DNA of 64,000 bases from Candidatus Binatia bacterium. Its GTDB lineage: Bacteria; Desulfobacterota; Binatia; Bin18. Where the stretch lies: positions 1 to 64,000 of the forward strand of contig CAXXHG010000018.1 in the NCBI GenBank assembly GCA_963666315.2, written 5' to 3'. The notes beneath the pieces are model-generated. The model saw only the letters and a program-made list of their open reading frames with translations. It was not told the origin of the DNA and ran no database searches. How positions within the stretch are numbered: position 1 is the stretch's first letter; each line of letters begins with the position of its first letter. The position numbers and the translations under genes were made by a program. This document shows positions 48,009 through 58,501 of the stretch, piece by piece.

Positions 48009-49505
48009 ATGCGCATGAGTATGGCAACACAAGAGGAAAAAATACCGAGCCCGAATCTTGGTCAGAACCCGGATGTTCCAGTCCAGCCGGACGTTCCCTA
48101 TGACTATGACTTGATTGTCATCGGTTCAGGTCCATCTGGAGAGAAGGCCGCGGTTCAAGCCGCAAAGCTCCACAAGCGGGTTGCCGTTGTTGAAAAGAGT
48201 CCGTCTTTAGGCGGGGCATGTATACACACTGCCACGCTGCCGAGTAAGACCTTACGGGAAGCCGTGTTGTTTATCTCGGCAATGGAGCGGTGTTCATTTA
48301 GCGGCGTCCATTCCAGCATTAAAAAACGCCAGCTCGGAGTGGCCGAACTGCTCCGGTATAACACCGCCGTCGTTCAGCACCAGGCCGATGTGATCCGACA
48401 CAAATTTGACCGCAATGACATCGATATTCTCTATGGTCTGGCCTCGTTTCTCGATCCGCATCGGATAGCGATTGAAGGCCGGGATGGCTCGCGACGCACG
48501 TGTAGCACGGCAAACGTCATCCTCTCAGTCGGCACCCGTCCAACCCGGCCCGAGGCCATTCCGTTTGATACCGCCCTGGTTTTTGATACGGACACTATCC
48601 TGCAAATGGACCACATTCCGGGCACGATGATTGTGATTGGTGCCGGGGTGGTGGGCTGCGAGTACGCGTCTATCTTTGCCTCGCTGAGAGTCAAGGTCAC
48701 TTTACTCGATAGCCGTCCGGACGTGCTCGATTTTCTCGATCATGAGATTAAGCAGACGCTGCTCTATCGCATGCGCACCTCGGGTGTCATCTTTCGTCTT
48801 GGGGAAGAAGTCGAATCGGTCACTATCACCAGCCCCCAGCGCGCCGAGGCGCACTGCTTGAGTGGAAAAATTGTGGCCGCGCAGAGTGTTTTGCACGCGA
48901 TCGGCCGTATCGGTAATACAGATCAACTCGGCCTGGATGCTCTGGGCTTAGAAGCCAACAATCGTGGTCTGCTCAGTGTGAATGACGACTTTCAGACTGC
49001 CCTCCCGCATGTGTATGCGGTCGGCGATGTGGTGGGTTTCCCCGCCCTGGCTGCGACGGCCATGCACCAAGGCCGTTTGGCCTCAGCCCACGCCTTCCTA
49101 GAGGGTGCAGACAGCCACGATGAACACCATCCCAATGCTCCAACCGCCCCCCTCCCCTACGGGATTTACACCATACCCGAGGTGTCCACAGTCGGCGCAT
49201 CCGAGGAAACGCTGACAAAAGAGCGTGTTCCATATGAAATCGGACATGCCTCTTATCGAGAGACTGCCCGCGCCCAAATCATGGGTGATACGGAGGGAAT
49301 TCTCAAACTGGTCTTCCACCGCGAGAGCCTGCAGTTACTCGGCGTTCACATTATTGGAGAAAGAGCGGCAGAGTTGATCCATTTGGGCCGGGCTATCATA
49401 GCCTACGGCGGGACCATCCAGTACTTCATCGATAATGTCGTCAATTACCCGACCTTATCCGAATCGTATAAAGTCGCGTCCCTGAACGGCTTGAATAGGC
49501 TCTAG
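48009..49505 (+). CDS. sthA: Soluble (Si-specific) pyridine nucleotide transhydrogenase
   Basis: YDLIVIGSGPSG, GGACIHTATLPSKTLRE (single Cys), FPALAATAMHQGR, GIYTIPE, NYPTLSESYKVASLNGLNRL. Confidence 0.92.
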   Translation: MRMSMATQEEKIPSPNLGQNPDVPVQPDVPYDYDLIVIGSGPSGEKAAVQAAKLHKRVAVVEKSPSLGGACIHTATLPSKTLREAVLFISAMERCSFSGVHSSIKKRQLGVAELLRYNTAVVQHQADVIRHKFDRNDIDILYGLASFLDPHRIAIEGRDGSRRTCSTANVILSVGTRPTRPEAIPFDTALVFDTDTILQMDHIPGTMIVIGAGVVGCEYASIFASLRVKVTLLDSRPDVLDFLDHEIKQTLLYRMRTSGVIFRLGEEVESVTITSPQRAEAHCLSGKIVAAQSVLHAIGRIGNTDQLGLDALGLEANNRGLLSVNDDFQTALPHVYAVGDVVGFPALAATAMHQGRLASAHAFLEGADSHDEHHPNAPTAPLPYGIYTIPEVSTVGASEETLTKERVPYEIGHASYRETARAQIMGDTEGILKLVFHRESLQLLGVHIIGERAAELIHLGRAIIAYGGTIQYFIDNVVNYPTLSESYKVASLNGLNRL

Positions 49506-49544
49506 GGTATCCCTACCCGGGCGAGGTCATGCCGCGCCTCCCAC

Positions 49545-49931
49545 TTACCGTTCCGCTATGACGTGCGCCTCGGCTAACGCAGCGGTGTGGGTGAGCCCCA
49601 GATAGAACTGGCGAATGCCGTGCGTGGCAGCATACTCCTTGGCCTTGCCGTGCAAGACTATCTCGGGCCGCGCGGCGCGCTGGCGTACGACCTCGACATC
49701 CAGCCAACCGATGTAGCGGCCCCAACCCCGCCCAAGCGCCTTCATGGTCGCCTCTTTGGCCGCAAAGCGAGCGGCATAACTCTGATACCGAGCCTTTCCA
49801 CGGCGCTCACAATAGGCCTGCTCCTCAGAGGTAAATACCCGGTCACGAAAACGACGACCCGTTCGCGGACGCTCTAACGCGGTCTGGATCCGGTCGACTT
49901 CCGCCAAGTCATTCCCAATTCCGAAAATCAT
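49545..49931 (-). CDS. acpS: Holo-ACP synthase
   Basis: MIFGIGND, ARFAAKEA.MKALG, RPEI, LTH. Confidence 0.95.
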   Translation of the reverse strand: MIFGIGNDLAEVDRIQTALERPRTGRRFRDRVFTSEEQAYCERRGKARYQSYAARFAAKEATMKALGRGWGRYIGWLDVEVVRQRAARPEIVLHGKAKEYAATHGIRQFYLGLTHTAALAEAHVIAER

Positions 49932-49940
49932 CGCGTCTCT

Positions 49941-51701
49941 TTAACACGCGGCACAGCTGTGACAGGAAGTGACATCGCACGGAGGAGTTTGACGTTCGAG
50001 GAGCGCCTTGCGCCATTCAACCCACAGATAGTGCTTGTTCACCCCATGGTCGATAAAGTCCCACGGCAGCCATTCTTCGGAGTCATACCGACGGTGAACG
50101 AACAAGTCGAGATTGAGTCGTTCAGGCTGCCGCTTGGCCTCGCGTCTCCAGCGCTGTACCACGCGCCACCAATCGCCATCGTGCTGGTGAATATCCTGGA
50201 GCAGCTGTCCGACTCGGCGATCACCGCGTGACAGCAGGGTTTGATAGTACGCCTCGCGCGGAGACTCAGTATCCACCTTTACCCGTGGCAGACGAGCCAG
50301 CTGTTTTCGCACCAGGGTCATCTTGTGTCGTAAGGAGGAAATCTCTTCCATGGGCTCCCACTGAAGCGGCGTCCACGGTTTAGGCACAAAGGCATTCACC
50401 GACAACGTGATCCGACCGACCTTGGGCTGTTTTTGACAGAAGCGCGCATGAATTTTTTGTGTGAGAGACGCAATGGCCTCCACATCTTCGCGTGTTTCGG
50501 TTGGCAAGCCTATCATGAAATATAATTTCAGGACGCGTACCCCCCCACCGACCAAGAGCTCTGCCGCGCGGAGGATTTCTGGTTCCGTCAGATTTTTATT
50601 GATGACCCGGCGCATCCGCTCAGACCCGGCTTCCGGCGCGATCGTCACCGAGTGATTATTATTCTGCCCAATCGCACGCGCCAAATCCGGGGTAATCACA
50701 TCGGCTTTCAACGAGGACGGCGACGCCCGACCACCAGCCTGGCCGATAAACTCACATAAACCCGCGATGCCCGGCTGACTCGCCATCTCAGCCCCGACGA
50801 GCCCTATGGTCAATTTCTCTTTCAAACCCTCCGTTACCTGTTGTTTAAGCGCTGCTGCGCTCCGATAGCGTACGGGCCGATACATAAAACCGGCCGCACA
50901 AAATCGACAGCCCCATTCGCAGCCACGACTGGCCTCAACCAAGAACATATCGCCAAAGACCGTTTCCGGCGTCAGGATTTGTGAAGTTGTGGGATAGGCG
51001 TCAAGGTCCATGATCAAGCGGCGACGAACGTGGGGCGGTTTGTTGCCCGCAGAATTCTCCTGAGAAATCGGACCAGCATCATCGCTGGCCCGATAGGTTG
51101 GAGTGAAAAGCGCGGGTACATAGGCGCCCTCAATCGTACGCAACGTCTGCAATCCGCTTTGTCGCCCACCCGCAGACAAATCCAGAGCCGCATAGCGTTC
51201 AAGGAATTCCGGGATCATTTCTTCGCCTTCGCCAATCAAGAACAGATCAATGAAGTCAGCAATCGGCTCGGGATTCAGGAACGTCGCCGGTCCGCCGGCA
51301 ATGATGAGCGGATGATGGGCTTGGCGCTCTGCGGCGCGCGCCGGGATGTGCGCCGCAGCAAGGATATCCAGGATATGGAGATAATCGATTTCAAAGGAGA
51401 GCGAAAAGGCCAGGATCTCAAAATCGGCCAACGGACGTTGCGTCTCCAGAGACGCGAGCGACGCACCCGTCCGTTTCAGAGCCTCTGCTTCGTCAGGGTC
51501 AGGCAGAAACGCACGTTCACAGCGGCACAGTGCATGTTGGGCGAGAATTTTGTAGCCGGCCTGAAAACCAAGATTGGACATCCCGACCGCATACGAGTTT
51601 GGATAAATCAGGCAGATGGGGATGGCCCCATCACAGACAGCTGAAAAGAGATGTTTTTCAGCGGCAAGACGTTGACGGGCCCGTTCGGCGGTCAGCCACA
51701 T
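49941..51701 (-). CDS. B12-binding-domain radical SAM protein (TIGR03960-like)
   Basis: YPNSYAVGMSNLG, AGGP..NPEP, SRGCEWGCRFC, APEAGSERMR, KLYFMIGLP. Confidence 0.88.
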   Translation of the reverse strand: MWLTAERARQRLAAEKHLFSAVCDGAIPICLIYPNSYAVGMSNLGFQAGYKILAQHALCRCERAFLPDPDEAEALKRTGASLASLETQRPLADFEILAFSLSFEIDYLHILDILAAAHIPARAAERQAHHPLIIAGGPATFLNPEPIADFIDLFLIGEGEEMIPEFLERYAALDLSAGGRQSGLQTLRTIEGAYVPALFTPTYRASDDAGPISQENSAGNKPPHVRRRLIMDLDAYPTTSQILTPETVFGDMFLVEASRGCEWGCRFCAAGFMYRPVRYRSAAALKQQVTEGLKEKLTIGLVGAEMASQPGIAGLCEFIGQAGGRASPSSLKADVITPDLARAIGQNNNHSVTIAPEAGSERMRRVINKNLTEPEILRAAELLVGGGVRVLKLYFMIGLPTETREDVEAIASLTQKIHARFCQKQPKVGRITLSVNAFVPKPWTPLQWEPMEEISSLRHKMTLVRKQLARLPRVKVDTESPREAYYQTLLSRGDRRVGQLLQDIHQHDGDWWRVVQRWRREAKRQPERLNLDLFVHRRYDSEEWLPWDFIDHGVNKHYLWVEWRKALLERQTPPCDVTSCHSCAAC

Positions 51702-51770
51702 ATCAAAAGCCTCTTCTCCCCGAACGGGCCGACTCGGGAGAGGGAGCAGCCTCCCCCTCCACACGTTCTC

Positions 51771-52955
51771 CTAACGTACCTGTTTGCGCAGGAATGCCGG
51801 CATGTCTTCGGTTGTGTCTTCACTCCATGGCGGTTCTGGTTTCGGTGCTGAACCGGCTTCGGTCGGCCGCCGCCGGGCATAGGCCGGCGTCTCAAGCATC
51901 TCGGCGTCCACAGATCCTATAAACCGACCTTTCCTTTTCCCGTCCCCACTCTTGCCGCCGCGCAGGGCACTCAAGGACGGCGTTTTGGGCTGTACTTCCT
52001 CTTCTCCAAAGCCAGTGGCAATTACGGTGATAAACAGCTCTTCGTCAAGGGTTTCATCTATCACTGCCCCGAAGATGATATTCGCGTCTTCATCGGCTTC
52101 TTCCTGGATGAGGGAGGCGGCCTCGTTCACCTCGTGGAGAGTCAGGCTATGCCCACCCGTGATGTTAATGAGTACCCCCTGGGCACCACGAATCGAGATA
52201 TCCTCAAGCAGCGGGCTGGCAATAGCCCGACGCGCAGCTTCCTCGGCCCGGTTTTCTCCGCTGGCTGAGGCCGCACCCATGATGGCCATGCCCATTTCCG
52301 CCATGATCGTCCGGACATCGGCAAAGTCAAGGTTAATCAGGCCGCTGACCGTAATCAAGTCGGAAATACCTCGCACGGCTTGGAGCAAAACCTCATCAGC
52401 TTTGTGAAAGGCTTCTAACAGCGGCTGACTCCGGCTGGCAACAGCCAACAGGCGTTGGTTCGGAATACAGATGAGTGTATCCACATTCTCTTTGAGTTCC
52501 CGAACGCCCTCATCTGCGTACCGCATACGGCGTTTGCCCTCAAAGAGAAAGGGTTTCGTGACAACGGCTACCGTCAGCGCTCCACTCTCCTTGGCGAGCC
52601 GGGCGATAATCGGTGCACCACCGGTACCGGTTCCACCACCCATGCCTGCGGTGATGAAAACCATATCCGCTCCGACCAAGTGGTCGCGCAGCTCCTCTTC
52701 GGATTCCATCGTAGCCTTGCGACCGACCTCAGGATTGGCTCCGGCGCCGAGCCCTTTGGTCATCTCTGCCCCTAGTTGAACCTTCGTCCGAGACAGGTTC
52801 ACGCGCAATGCCTGCGCGTCGGTATTGCAGACAATAAAGTCAACTCCAACTAAGCCACTACTGATCATCGTAGTGATGGCATTGCCACCAGCACCCCCAA
52901 CACCCACGATGCGGATCTGCGCCCCACTTCCACCATGCTCCACAAACTCGATCAT
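51771..52955 (-). CDS. ftsZ: Cell division protein FtsZ
   Basis: GVGGAGGNA, GMGGGTGTG, NLDFAD, C-terminal PAFLRK. Confidence 0.98.
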   Translation of the reverse strand: MIEFVEHGGSGAQIRIVGVGGAGGNAITTMISSGLVGVDFIVCNTDAQALRVNLSRTKVQLGAEMTKGLGAGANPEVGRKATMESEEELRDHLVGADMVFITAGMGGGTGTGGAPIIARLAKESGALTVAVVTKPFLFEGKRRMRYADEGVRELKENVDTLICIPNQRLLAVASRSQPLLEAFHKADEVLLQAVRGISDLITVSGLINLDFADVRTIMAEMGMAIMGAASASGENRAEEAARRAIASPLLEDISIRGAQGVLINITGGHSLTLHEVNEAASLIQEEADEDANIIFGAVIDETLDEELFITVIATGFGEEEVQPKTPSLSALRGGKSGDGKRKGRFIGSVDAEMLETPAYARRRPTEAGSAPKPEPPWSEDTTEDMPAFLRKQVR

Positions 52956-53002
52956 CTCGCACCTCCTTCAGTTACCATTCCCCCAAAATGTGAGTCTCTC
53001 AC

Positions 53003-54235
53003 CTAAAAAAAATCGCGTAACCACTCAACTACACGTTCTCGCATACGCTGCCAATTCTGACCGTCATGCAGCTGCCCCAGAGGATGAACCCGGACGCCGT
53101 CTTGCAAATTGCACAGAATGAGGCCAACGGCTGCGGCGTACATGGGGCTGTTTGCCGGATCGATTACATCGCTGACGTATTGAGGCATACCACGACGCGC
53201 CGACATACGGAAGACTCGTTGGGCCAAATCCGGCATGCCTTCAAGAATGGCACTGCCGCCCGTAAGCACAACGCCCGCCCCAAACTGATCGAGCAGATCG
53301 GCAAAATCGAGCTGCTCCCGTACGAGTTCAAAAATTTCCTCGACCCGGGCCTCAATAATTCCACTCATCTTCCTGCGCGGAAGCGGGTCGGAGTCTCTCT
53401 CACCAATCCGCGGCATTTCAATCATCTCACCCGGCGCGATGAGACTCGTGAGCGCACAGCCGTGGCGATGTTTGAGCTTTTCCGCTTCGGCTACGGGAAT
53501 ACCTAGTCCTGCCGCCAGGTCGTTGGTTACATTCTCTCCGCCAACCGGGAGGACGGAGGTATGAACGACAACGCCCCGAGAAAAAGCGGCCACGGCGGTT
53601 GTCCCAGCTCCGATATCGAGCAAGACAACGCCTAACTCCTTCTCTTCCGGGGTGAGCACCGCCTCGGCTGCTGCCAACGCGGTATAGTACACGCCGTTCA
53701 CATACAGCCCGGCCCGTTCACAGCATTTCTGGAGCGCATGGACCGCGCTCGTGGCAACACTCACCGCATGGACGTTGGTCTCAAGCCGCACCCCGCTGGC
53801 CCCAATCGGCTCTCGACCACGGTCTTGTCCATCAACGAGATACTCCTGGGGGAACACATGTAAGATTTCACACTCCGGCGGCAACGCGATCGCTTGGGCG
53901 ACGGCAATCGCTTCTTCGACATCGTCCGCAGACACCTCACCGCTCTTGACCCGGACCATGCCTTGGCTCGAGAATCCCTCCATATGTCCGCCCGTCAGCC
54001 CAATGAACACATTGTGTATTTCACAATTCGCTCCAACCTCCGCCTCTGCCACCGCCTTTTGTAGTCCTTGGACAGCATTCTCGACATTGTTCACCAGCCC
54101 CTTCCGTACATCCTGGGATGGGGCGGTCCCGATGCCGAGGACGGAGACCCCATCAGGCGTCGTCTCTGCGACCACAACAGCGGTCTTATACGTTCCTATA
54201 TCAACACTCACCAGCAAGGAATCTTCTTTATCCAT
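53003..54235 (-). CDS. ftsA: Cell division protein FtsA
   Basis: DIGTYK, GVRLE, DIGAGTT, GVVLTGG. Confidence 0.97.
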   Translation of the reverse strand: MDKEDSLLVSVDIGTYKTAVVVAETTPDGVSVLGIGTAPSQDVRKGLVNNVENAVQGLQKAVAEAEVGANCEIHNVFIGLTGGHMEGFSSQGMVRVKSGEVSADDVEEAIAVAQAIALPPECEILHVFPQEYLVDGQDRGREPIGASGVRLETNVHAVSVATSAVHALQKCCERAGLYVNGVYYTALAAAEAVLTPEEKELGVVLLDIGAGTTAVAAFSRGVVVHTSVLPVGGENVTNDLAAGLGIPVAEAEKLKHRHGCALTSLIAPGEMIEMPRIGERDSDPLPRRKMSGIIEARVEEIFELVREQLDFADLLDQFGAGVVLTGGSAILEGMPDLAQRVFRMSARRGMPQYVSDVIDPANSPMYAAAVGLILCNLQDGVRVHPLGQLHDGQNWQRMRERVVEWLRDFF

Positions 54236-54247
54236 ACCATCCCCCCC

Positions 54248-55081
54248 CTATATCGTCTGCGTTGGCTCTCCCCCCCTTCCCTGCAACTCCATCGGGAAAG
54301 GATGCACCACGATCTGGTCGGCAAAGCGTGCATCAAAGACAGCCGCCGGCCTGTCTGGCGGCCATGTCTCCAGTACGCGCCGAACCAGCACGAATACATT
54401 AGATTTGATCTCATGCCCAAGTCGGATAGCCACGTGGCGATCAGACAGAAATACGGTATACCCCTGTTGATTGTCCCAATGAATTTCAGACAGCTCTACG
54501 TCCCACTCTCGGCTGAGAGCAAGACACACAACAGCCTCGGCCAACACGGTTTGCGCGGTCTGCGTGTCGAGGGGAATCCCCTCTAGCCCACTCAGGTACG
54601 GCAGATCGCGAACGTCTGAGGACGGATCGACAAAGATCTCGCCCGTCGTATCGAGGTAGGTGGTCTCTTGTCGCCGGATAACGGCGACGGGATGGTGTTC
54701 CCGGATCAGAACATGTATGCGCTGCGGGAACTCTCGCGAGACATCTGCAGTCCGAATCCAGGGATGCCGCACTAAGCGCTGCTCTATTTCCCCGGCGTCG
54801 AAGTTTAAAATATTGATCCCAGGTGACAGTTCTCCCCACGTCCAGACCTCTTCCGATGTGAGCTGACCGTCTGTCAACACAACAATGTCTTGAGCTGCAA
54901 AATACGAGTGGTGTTGGGCATACTGGACCAGCAGCATACCGCCACTGACTAGGCCGGCAGCTATCACGCTCAGCAGGGGCACCGACCGGAAAGCCGACCG
55001 TGTCCGTCGTGTCACCGTCCGCCATAGACGTCGATTCGATAGTCGGATCGGCGAAGACCGAAGGAGCGTGGACTGTCTCAT
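54248..55081 (-). CDS. ftsQ: Cell division protein FtsQ/DivIB
   Basis: Single TM, POTRA (HPWIRTADVSREFP), DARF tail; position in the dcw cluster. Confidence 0.9.
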   Translation of the reverse strand: MRQSTLLRSSPIRLSNRRLWRTVTRRTRSAFRSVPLLSVIAAGLVSGGMLLVQYAQHHSYFAAQDIVVLTDGQLTSEEVWTWGELSPGINILNFDAGEIEQRLVRHPWIRTADVSREFPQRIHVLIREHHPVAVIRRQETTYLDTTGEIFVDPSSDVRDLPYLSGLEGIPLDTQTAQTVLAEAVVCLALSREWDVELSEIHWDNQQGYTVFLSDRHVAIRLGHEIKSNVFVLVRRVLETWPPDRPAAVFDARFADQIVVHPFPMELQGRGGEPTQTI

Positions 55082-56019
55082 ATCACCTCACGTTGAATAT
55101 GCAGTGTCGCCTGCTGGAGAATCGTCTCAACAAGATCCTCATAGGTCAGTCCGGCATGCGCAGCGATGCGCGGCAGATAACTTAATGCCATCAGGCCGGG
55201 CAGTGAGTTCAGTTCAATCAGAAAAATCTCTCCGGTCGGACTCACGCGTGTATCGATGCGGCTGTAGCCGCTACAGCCTAATACCCTGTGGGCTTGCTGC
55301 GCCAGTTCCAACACGTGCTCGTATTGTGATGACGGCAGGGGTGCGGGCATCAGGAACTCTTCACGACCTGGAGTATATTTCACCGCATAGGAGTGGAATT
55401 CGCCTTTCGCAATAACCTCCATGGCACCCAGAGCCTTTTCGTCCAAGATGCCAACGGTGACTTCTTTTCCTGGGATATAGGCTTCCACAAGACAGGCCGC
55501 ATCGTATCGAAACGTGTGCGTTAACGCCGGCTCCAGCATGGCTTCGCAGCGCACGATATTCACGCCCACACTCGAACCTTCCGCAATCGGTTTGACCACC
55601 ACTGGATACGAGAGGGTCGCAAGCTGCCACTCGGCATCTTTCTCAATGATTTCCCATTGTGGCGTTGGTAAACCGTGGGTCTGCCAGATCCGCTTCGTCA
55701 TAGGTTTATTCATGGCCAGCGCACTCGCCAAAATTTCGGATCCGGTGTAGGGTATCCCCAGGGTTTCAAGAACGCCTTGCATCGCACCATCTTCCCCGAA
55801 CTTCCCGTGCAAGGCGATAAAGACCACGTCGGTTTTTTGAACCTGCGCAATCCAGGCCCCATCCGATTCTACCCGAATAGAGCGCACCGAATATCCACGC
55901 ATCTCCAGGGCCGAGCAGACCGCCTCACCGGTCAGACGCGAGATTTCCCGTTCCGTGGAGAGCCCTCCCCAGACAACGCCTACAACGCCCACAATCCGAT
56001 CTGTCCCTGCTGCTACCAT
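55078..56019 (-). CDS. ddl: D-alanine--D-alanine ligase
   Basis: GGLSTEREIS, LHGKFGEDG, VKP..EGSSVG, ELNSLPG. Confidence 0.96.
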   Translation of the reverse strand: MVAAGTDRIVGVVGVVWGGLSTEREISRLTGEAVCSALEMRGYSVRSIRVESDGAWIAQVQKTDVVFIALHGKFGEDGAMQGVLETLGIPYTGSEILASALAMNKPMTKRIWQTHGLPTPQWEIIEKDAEWQLATLSYPVVVKPIAEGSSVGVNIVRCEAMLEPALTHTFRYDAACLVEAYIPGKEVTVGILDEKALGAMEVIAKGEFHSYAVKYTPGREEFLMPAPLPSSQYEHVLELAQQAHRVLGCSGYSRIDTRVSPTGEIFLIELNSLPGLMALSYLPRIAAHAGLTYEDLVETILQQATLHIQREVI

Positions 56020-56981
56020 TCTCCAACCCGACGAATCTCAGGCTCAAGCCAGACCTGCTTTTCTTGCCACACCACACGCTGGACGTGTTCCATGAGCTGC
56101 CATACCTGTGTTGCGGTTGCTCCGCCGGTATTCACAATAAAATTGGCGTGCCGGTCAGAGATCTTTGCCGGCCCCTTGCAGCTCCCCTTGCAGCCTACCG
56201 CTTCAATCACGTGCCCGGCATACATTCCGGGTGGATTTTTGAAAATAGAGCCCGCGTTCGGATACCCATGCGGCTGGGCCCGTCTGCGCTTTTCACGCGT
56301 CCGGCCTAGGGACGCGGCAATAGACGTCTGATTTTTTCGCGACAAATGAAACTCAACCTCTCCAACAATGAACTGCTCAGGCAGTGCCGTCTTGCGATAT
56401 GCAAATCCAAGGTCTGCCCCAGGCAGCCGCACGCGCTGACCTGCAGCATTCACCCCAGTGACGGCCTGCACCACATTACTCAGTTCTCCGCCAAAGGCTC
56501 CGGCATTCATCAATAAGCCTCCACCCACTGTGCCGGGTATCCCTTCGGCAAACTCCACCCCGCTGTATTCTTTCCGAGCCGCCTCACGCACGAATCGCCC
56601 CAGCGAACGGCCCGCTCCAACTGTGACCAATGCGCTACCCAGTTGCTCCTGCCACTCGGTGTAATCAAATCCCCGCCCCAGCCGGATCACAACCCCGCGA
56701 ATACCGTTGTCGCTGATCAAAACATTCGTTCCTCCACCCAGAAGGAAAACGGGCCCGCGCTCCTCCGTAACGAGGCGGATCAGCGTCTGGAGTTCCTCCA
56801 AGCTATTAGGCTCAACCAAGACGTCGGCCGGTCCGCCAATCCGGAACGAAGTATACTGCGCCAATGGCACGTCAAAGCGGACGCGCGGTCCGAACAAGTG
56901 GACAAGTCGGGCTTTCAGCTCAGTCCGCACGCGCTCCTCCGTCGCGCAGCCGCGTGAGCAGCTCAGGACCGGTGCGCGCAA
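56013..56981 (-). CDS. murB: UDP-N-acetylenolpyruvoylglucosamine reductase
   Basis: FRIGGPAD, GIPGTVGG..MNAGA, NAGSIFKNP, HANFIVN, LEPE. Confidence 0.96.
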   Translation of the reverse strand: MRAPVLSCSRGCATEERVRTELKARLVHLFGPRVRFDVPLAQYTSFRIGGPADVLVEPNSLEELQTLIRLVTEERGPVFLLGGGTNVLISDNGIRGVVIRLGRGFDYTEWQEQLGSALVTVGAGRSLGRFVREAARKEYSGVEFAEGIPGTVGGGLLMNAGAFGGELSNVVQAVTGVNAAGQRVRLPGADLGFAYRKTALPEQFIVGEVEFHLSRKNQTSIAASLGRTREKRRRAQPHGYPNAGSIFKNPPGMYAGHVIEAVGCKGSCKGPAKISDRHANFIVNTGGATATQVWQLMEHVQRVVWQEKQVWLEPEIRRVGEW

Positions 56982-58501
56982 TATCTCCGGCCCCCAAAGT
57001 TAATACGAGATCTCCAGCTCGTGTGAACGTGTGAACGGTCCGCGCCAGGTCGGCACGTTCCGGAACAAAGTGGACGTCAGCATGCCCACGTCGTTGTATG
57101 GCTTTGTAGAGCGTTTCTCCGGAGATTCCAGGCCGCGGCTCTTCCCCGGCAGGATAGATATTAGTCAGCACCAGGACATCCGCGTCGTCAAAAGCCGACA
57201 GGAACTCATCAAAGAGATCTTCGGTTCGCGTGTACCGGTGGGGTTGGAAAATCGCGACCAGGCGGCGGCCAAATCCTTCTCTGGCCGCACTCAACGTAGC
57301 CCGTAATTCTTCAGGGTGATGCGCGTAGTCGTCAACCACCAACACCTCCGCCGCCTCTCCCTTTATCTCAAATCGTCGCTGGATGCCAGCGAATTCGCGT
57401 AAGGCCTGCTGCACATGAGAGAACGCAATACCCAATTCCTGCGCCACAGCGACAACGGCAAGTGCATTAAGCGCAGAGTGACGTCCGGGCAAATTCAGCT
57501 GCAGCTCTCCGAGTCGCTCGGCGCCGTGCCACACCTCACAGCGCGTCGTCAGTCCAGAGACCGTCAGCTGCTTGGCGTAAAAGTCAGCCTCAGGACTACA
57601 GCCGTAGGTCACAAAGCGTTTGCGCACCTGCGGCAGGAGGGCGCGAACATTGACGCTATCCAGGCACAGCACGGCTCGACCGTAAAAGGGCACTCCATTG
57701 ATAAAGTCGAGATAGGCAGCCTGAACGCGATCCATATGTCCATAATAGTCGAGGTGTTCGGGATCAATATTGGTCACGACCACAATAGTCGGGCTGAGTA
57801 AGAGAAACGTCCCATCGCTTTCATCCGCTTCGGCGACCAGAAAGCGCCCCTGTCCAAGGCGTGCATTCGCCCCAAGCACGTTGAGCCGTCCACCGATGAC
57901 CACAGTCGGGTCAAAATGCGCGTACGCCCAGCACCGTTGCCACTAAGGATGTGGTGGTGGTTTTTCCGTGTGTACCGGCAACGGCGATACCATATTTCAA
58001 ACGCATCAGTTCGGCCAGCATCTCTGCACGCGGGATGATCGGAATCATCAGCTCACGTGCACGCACCACCTCCGGATTGGCGTATTTCACCGCGGATGAG
58101 ATCACTACAACGTCAGTGTCAGGGCTGACCTGGTCAGCATGATGCCCGTAGACGATGTGGGCGCCGTTTCGAATCAGCCGAGTGGTCGTGTCTGACTCTG
58201 CAAGGTCAGAGCCGCTGATACGGTAGCCGAGATTCAGCAGCACTTCGGCAATTCCGCTCATCCCTACCCCGCCAATACCAACAAAGTGAATACGGCGGTT
58301 CGTATCAAAGAGAACGGGCGCATCCGACAACAACGCCTGAGATGTCTCTCCAGCCTTGATCGGGCGCACCGGGCGTACCGGTTGAGCAGACGGATCTTGG
58401 CGAGCCGTCTCCACGCACAGCCCATTGTCCGACACCGCAGCGCTTGCCTCTGGTCCCGTGATTGGTCCCATGATTGATGATCCCTTCATTTTGTTTGGCA
58501 C
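56920..58501 (-). CDS. murC: UDP-N-acetylmuramate--L-alanine ligase; 1-nt frameshift near 57925 (probable sequence error)
   Basis: [21 protein letters not shown], then CTGGGCG with one extra G; removing it gives [28 protein letters not shown]. Confidence 0.92.

Noticed and set aside
48009-49505. Calling this gene lpdA (E3) because it follows E2
   Set aside because: It lacks the CxxxxC redox disulfide and the HPTxxE motif (it has YPTLSE); its motifs match SthA
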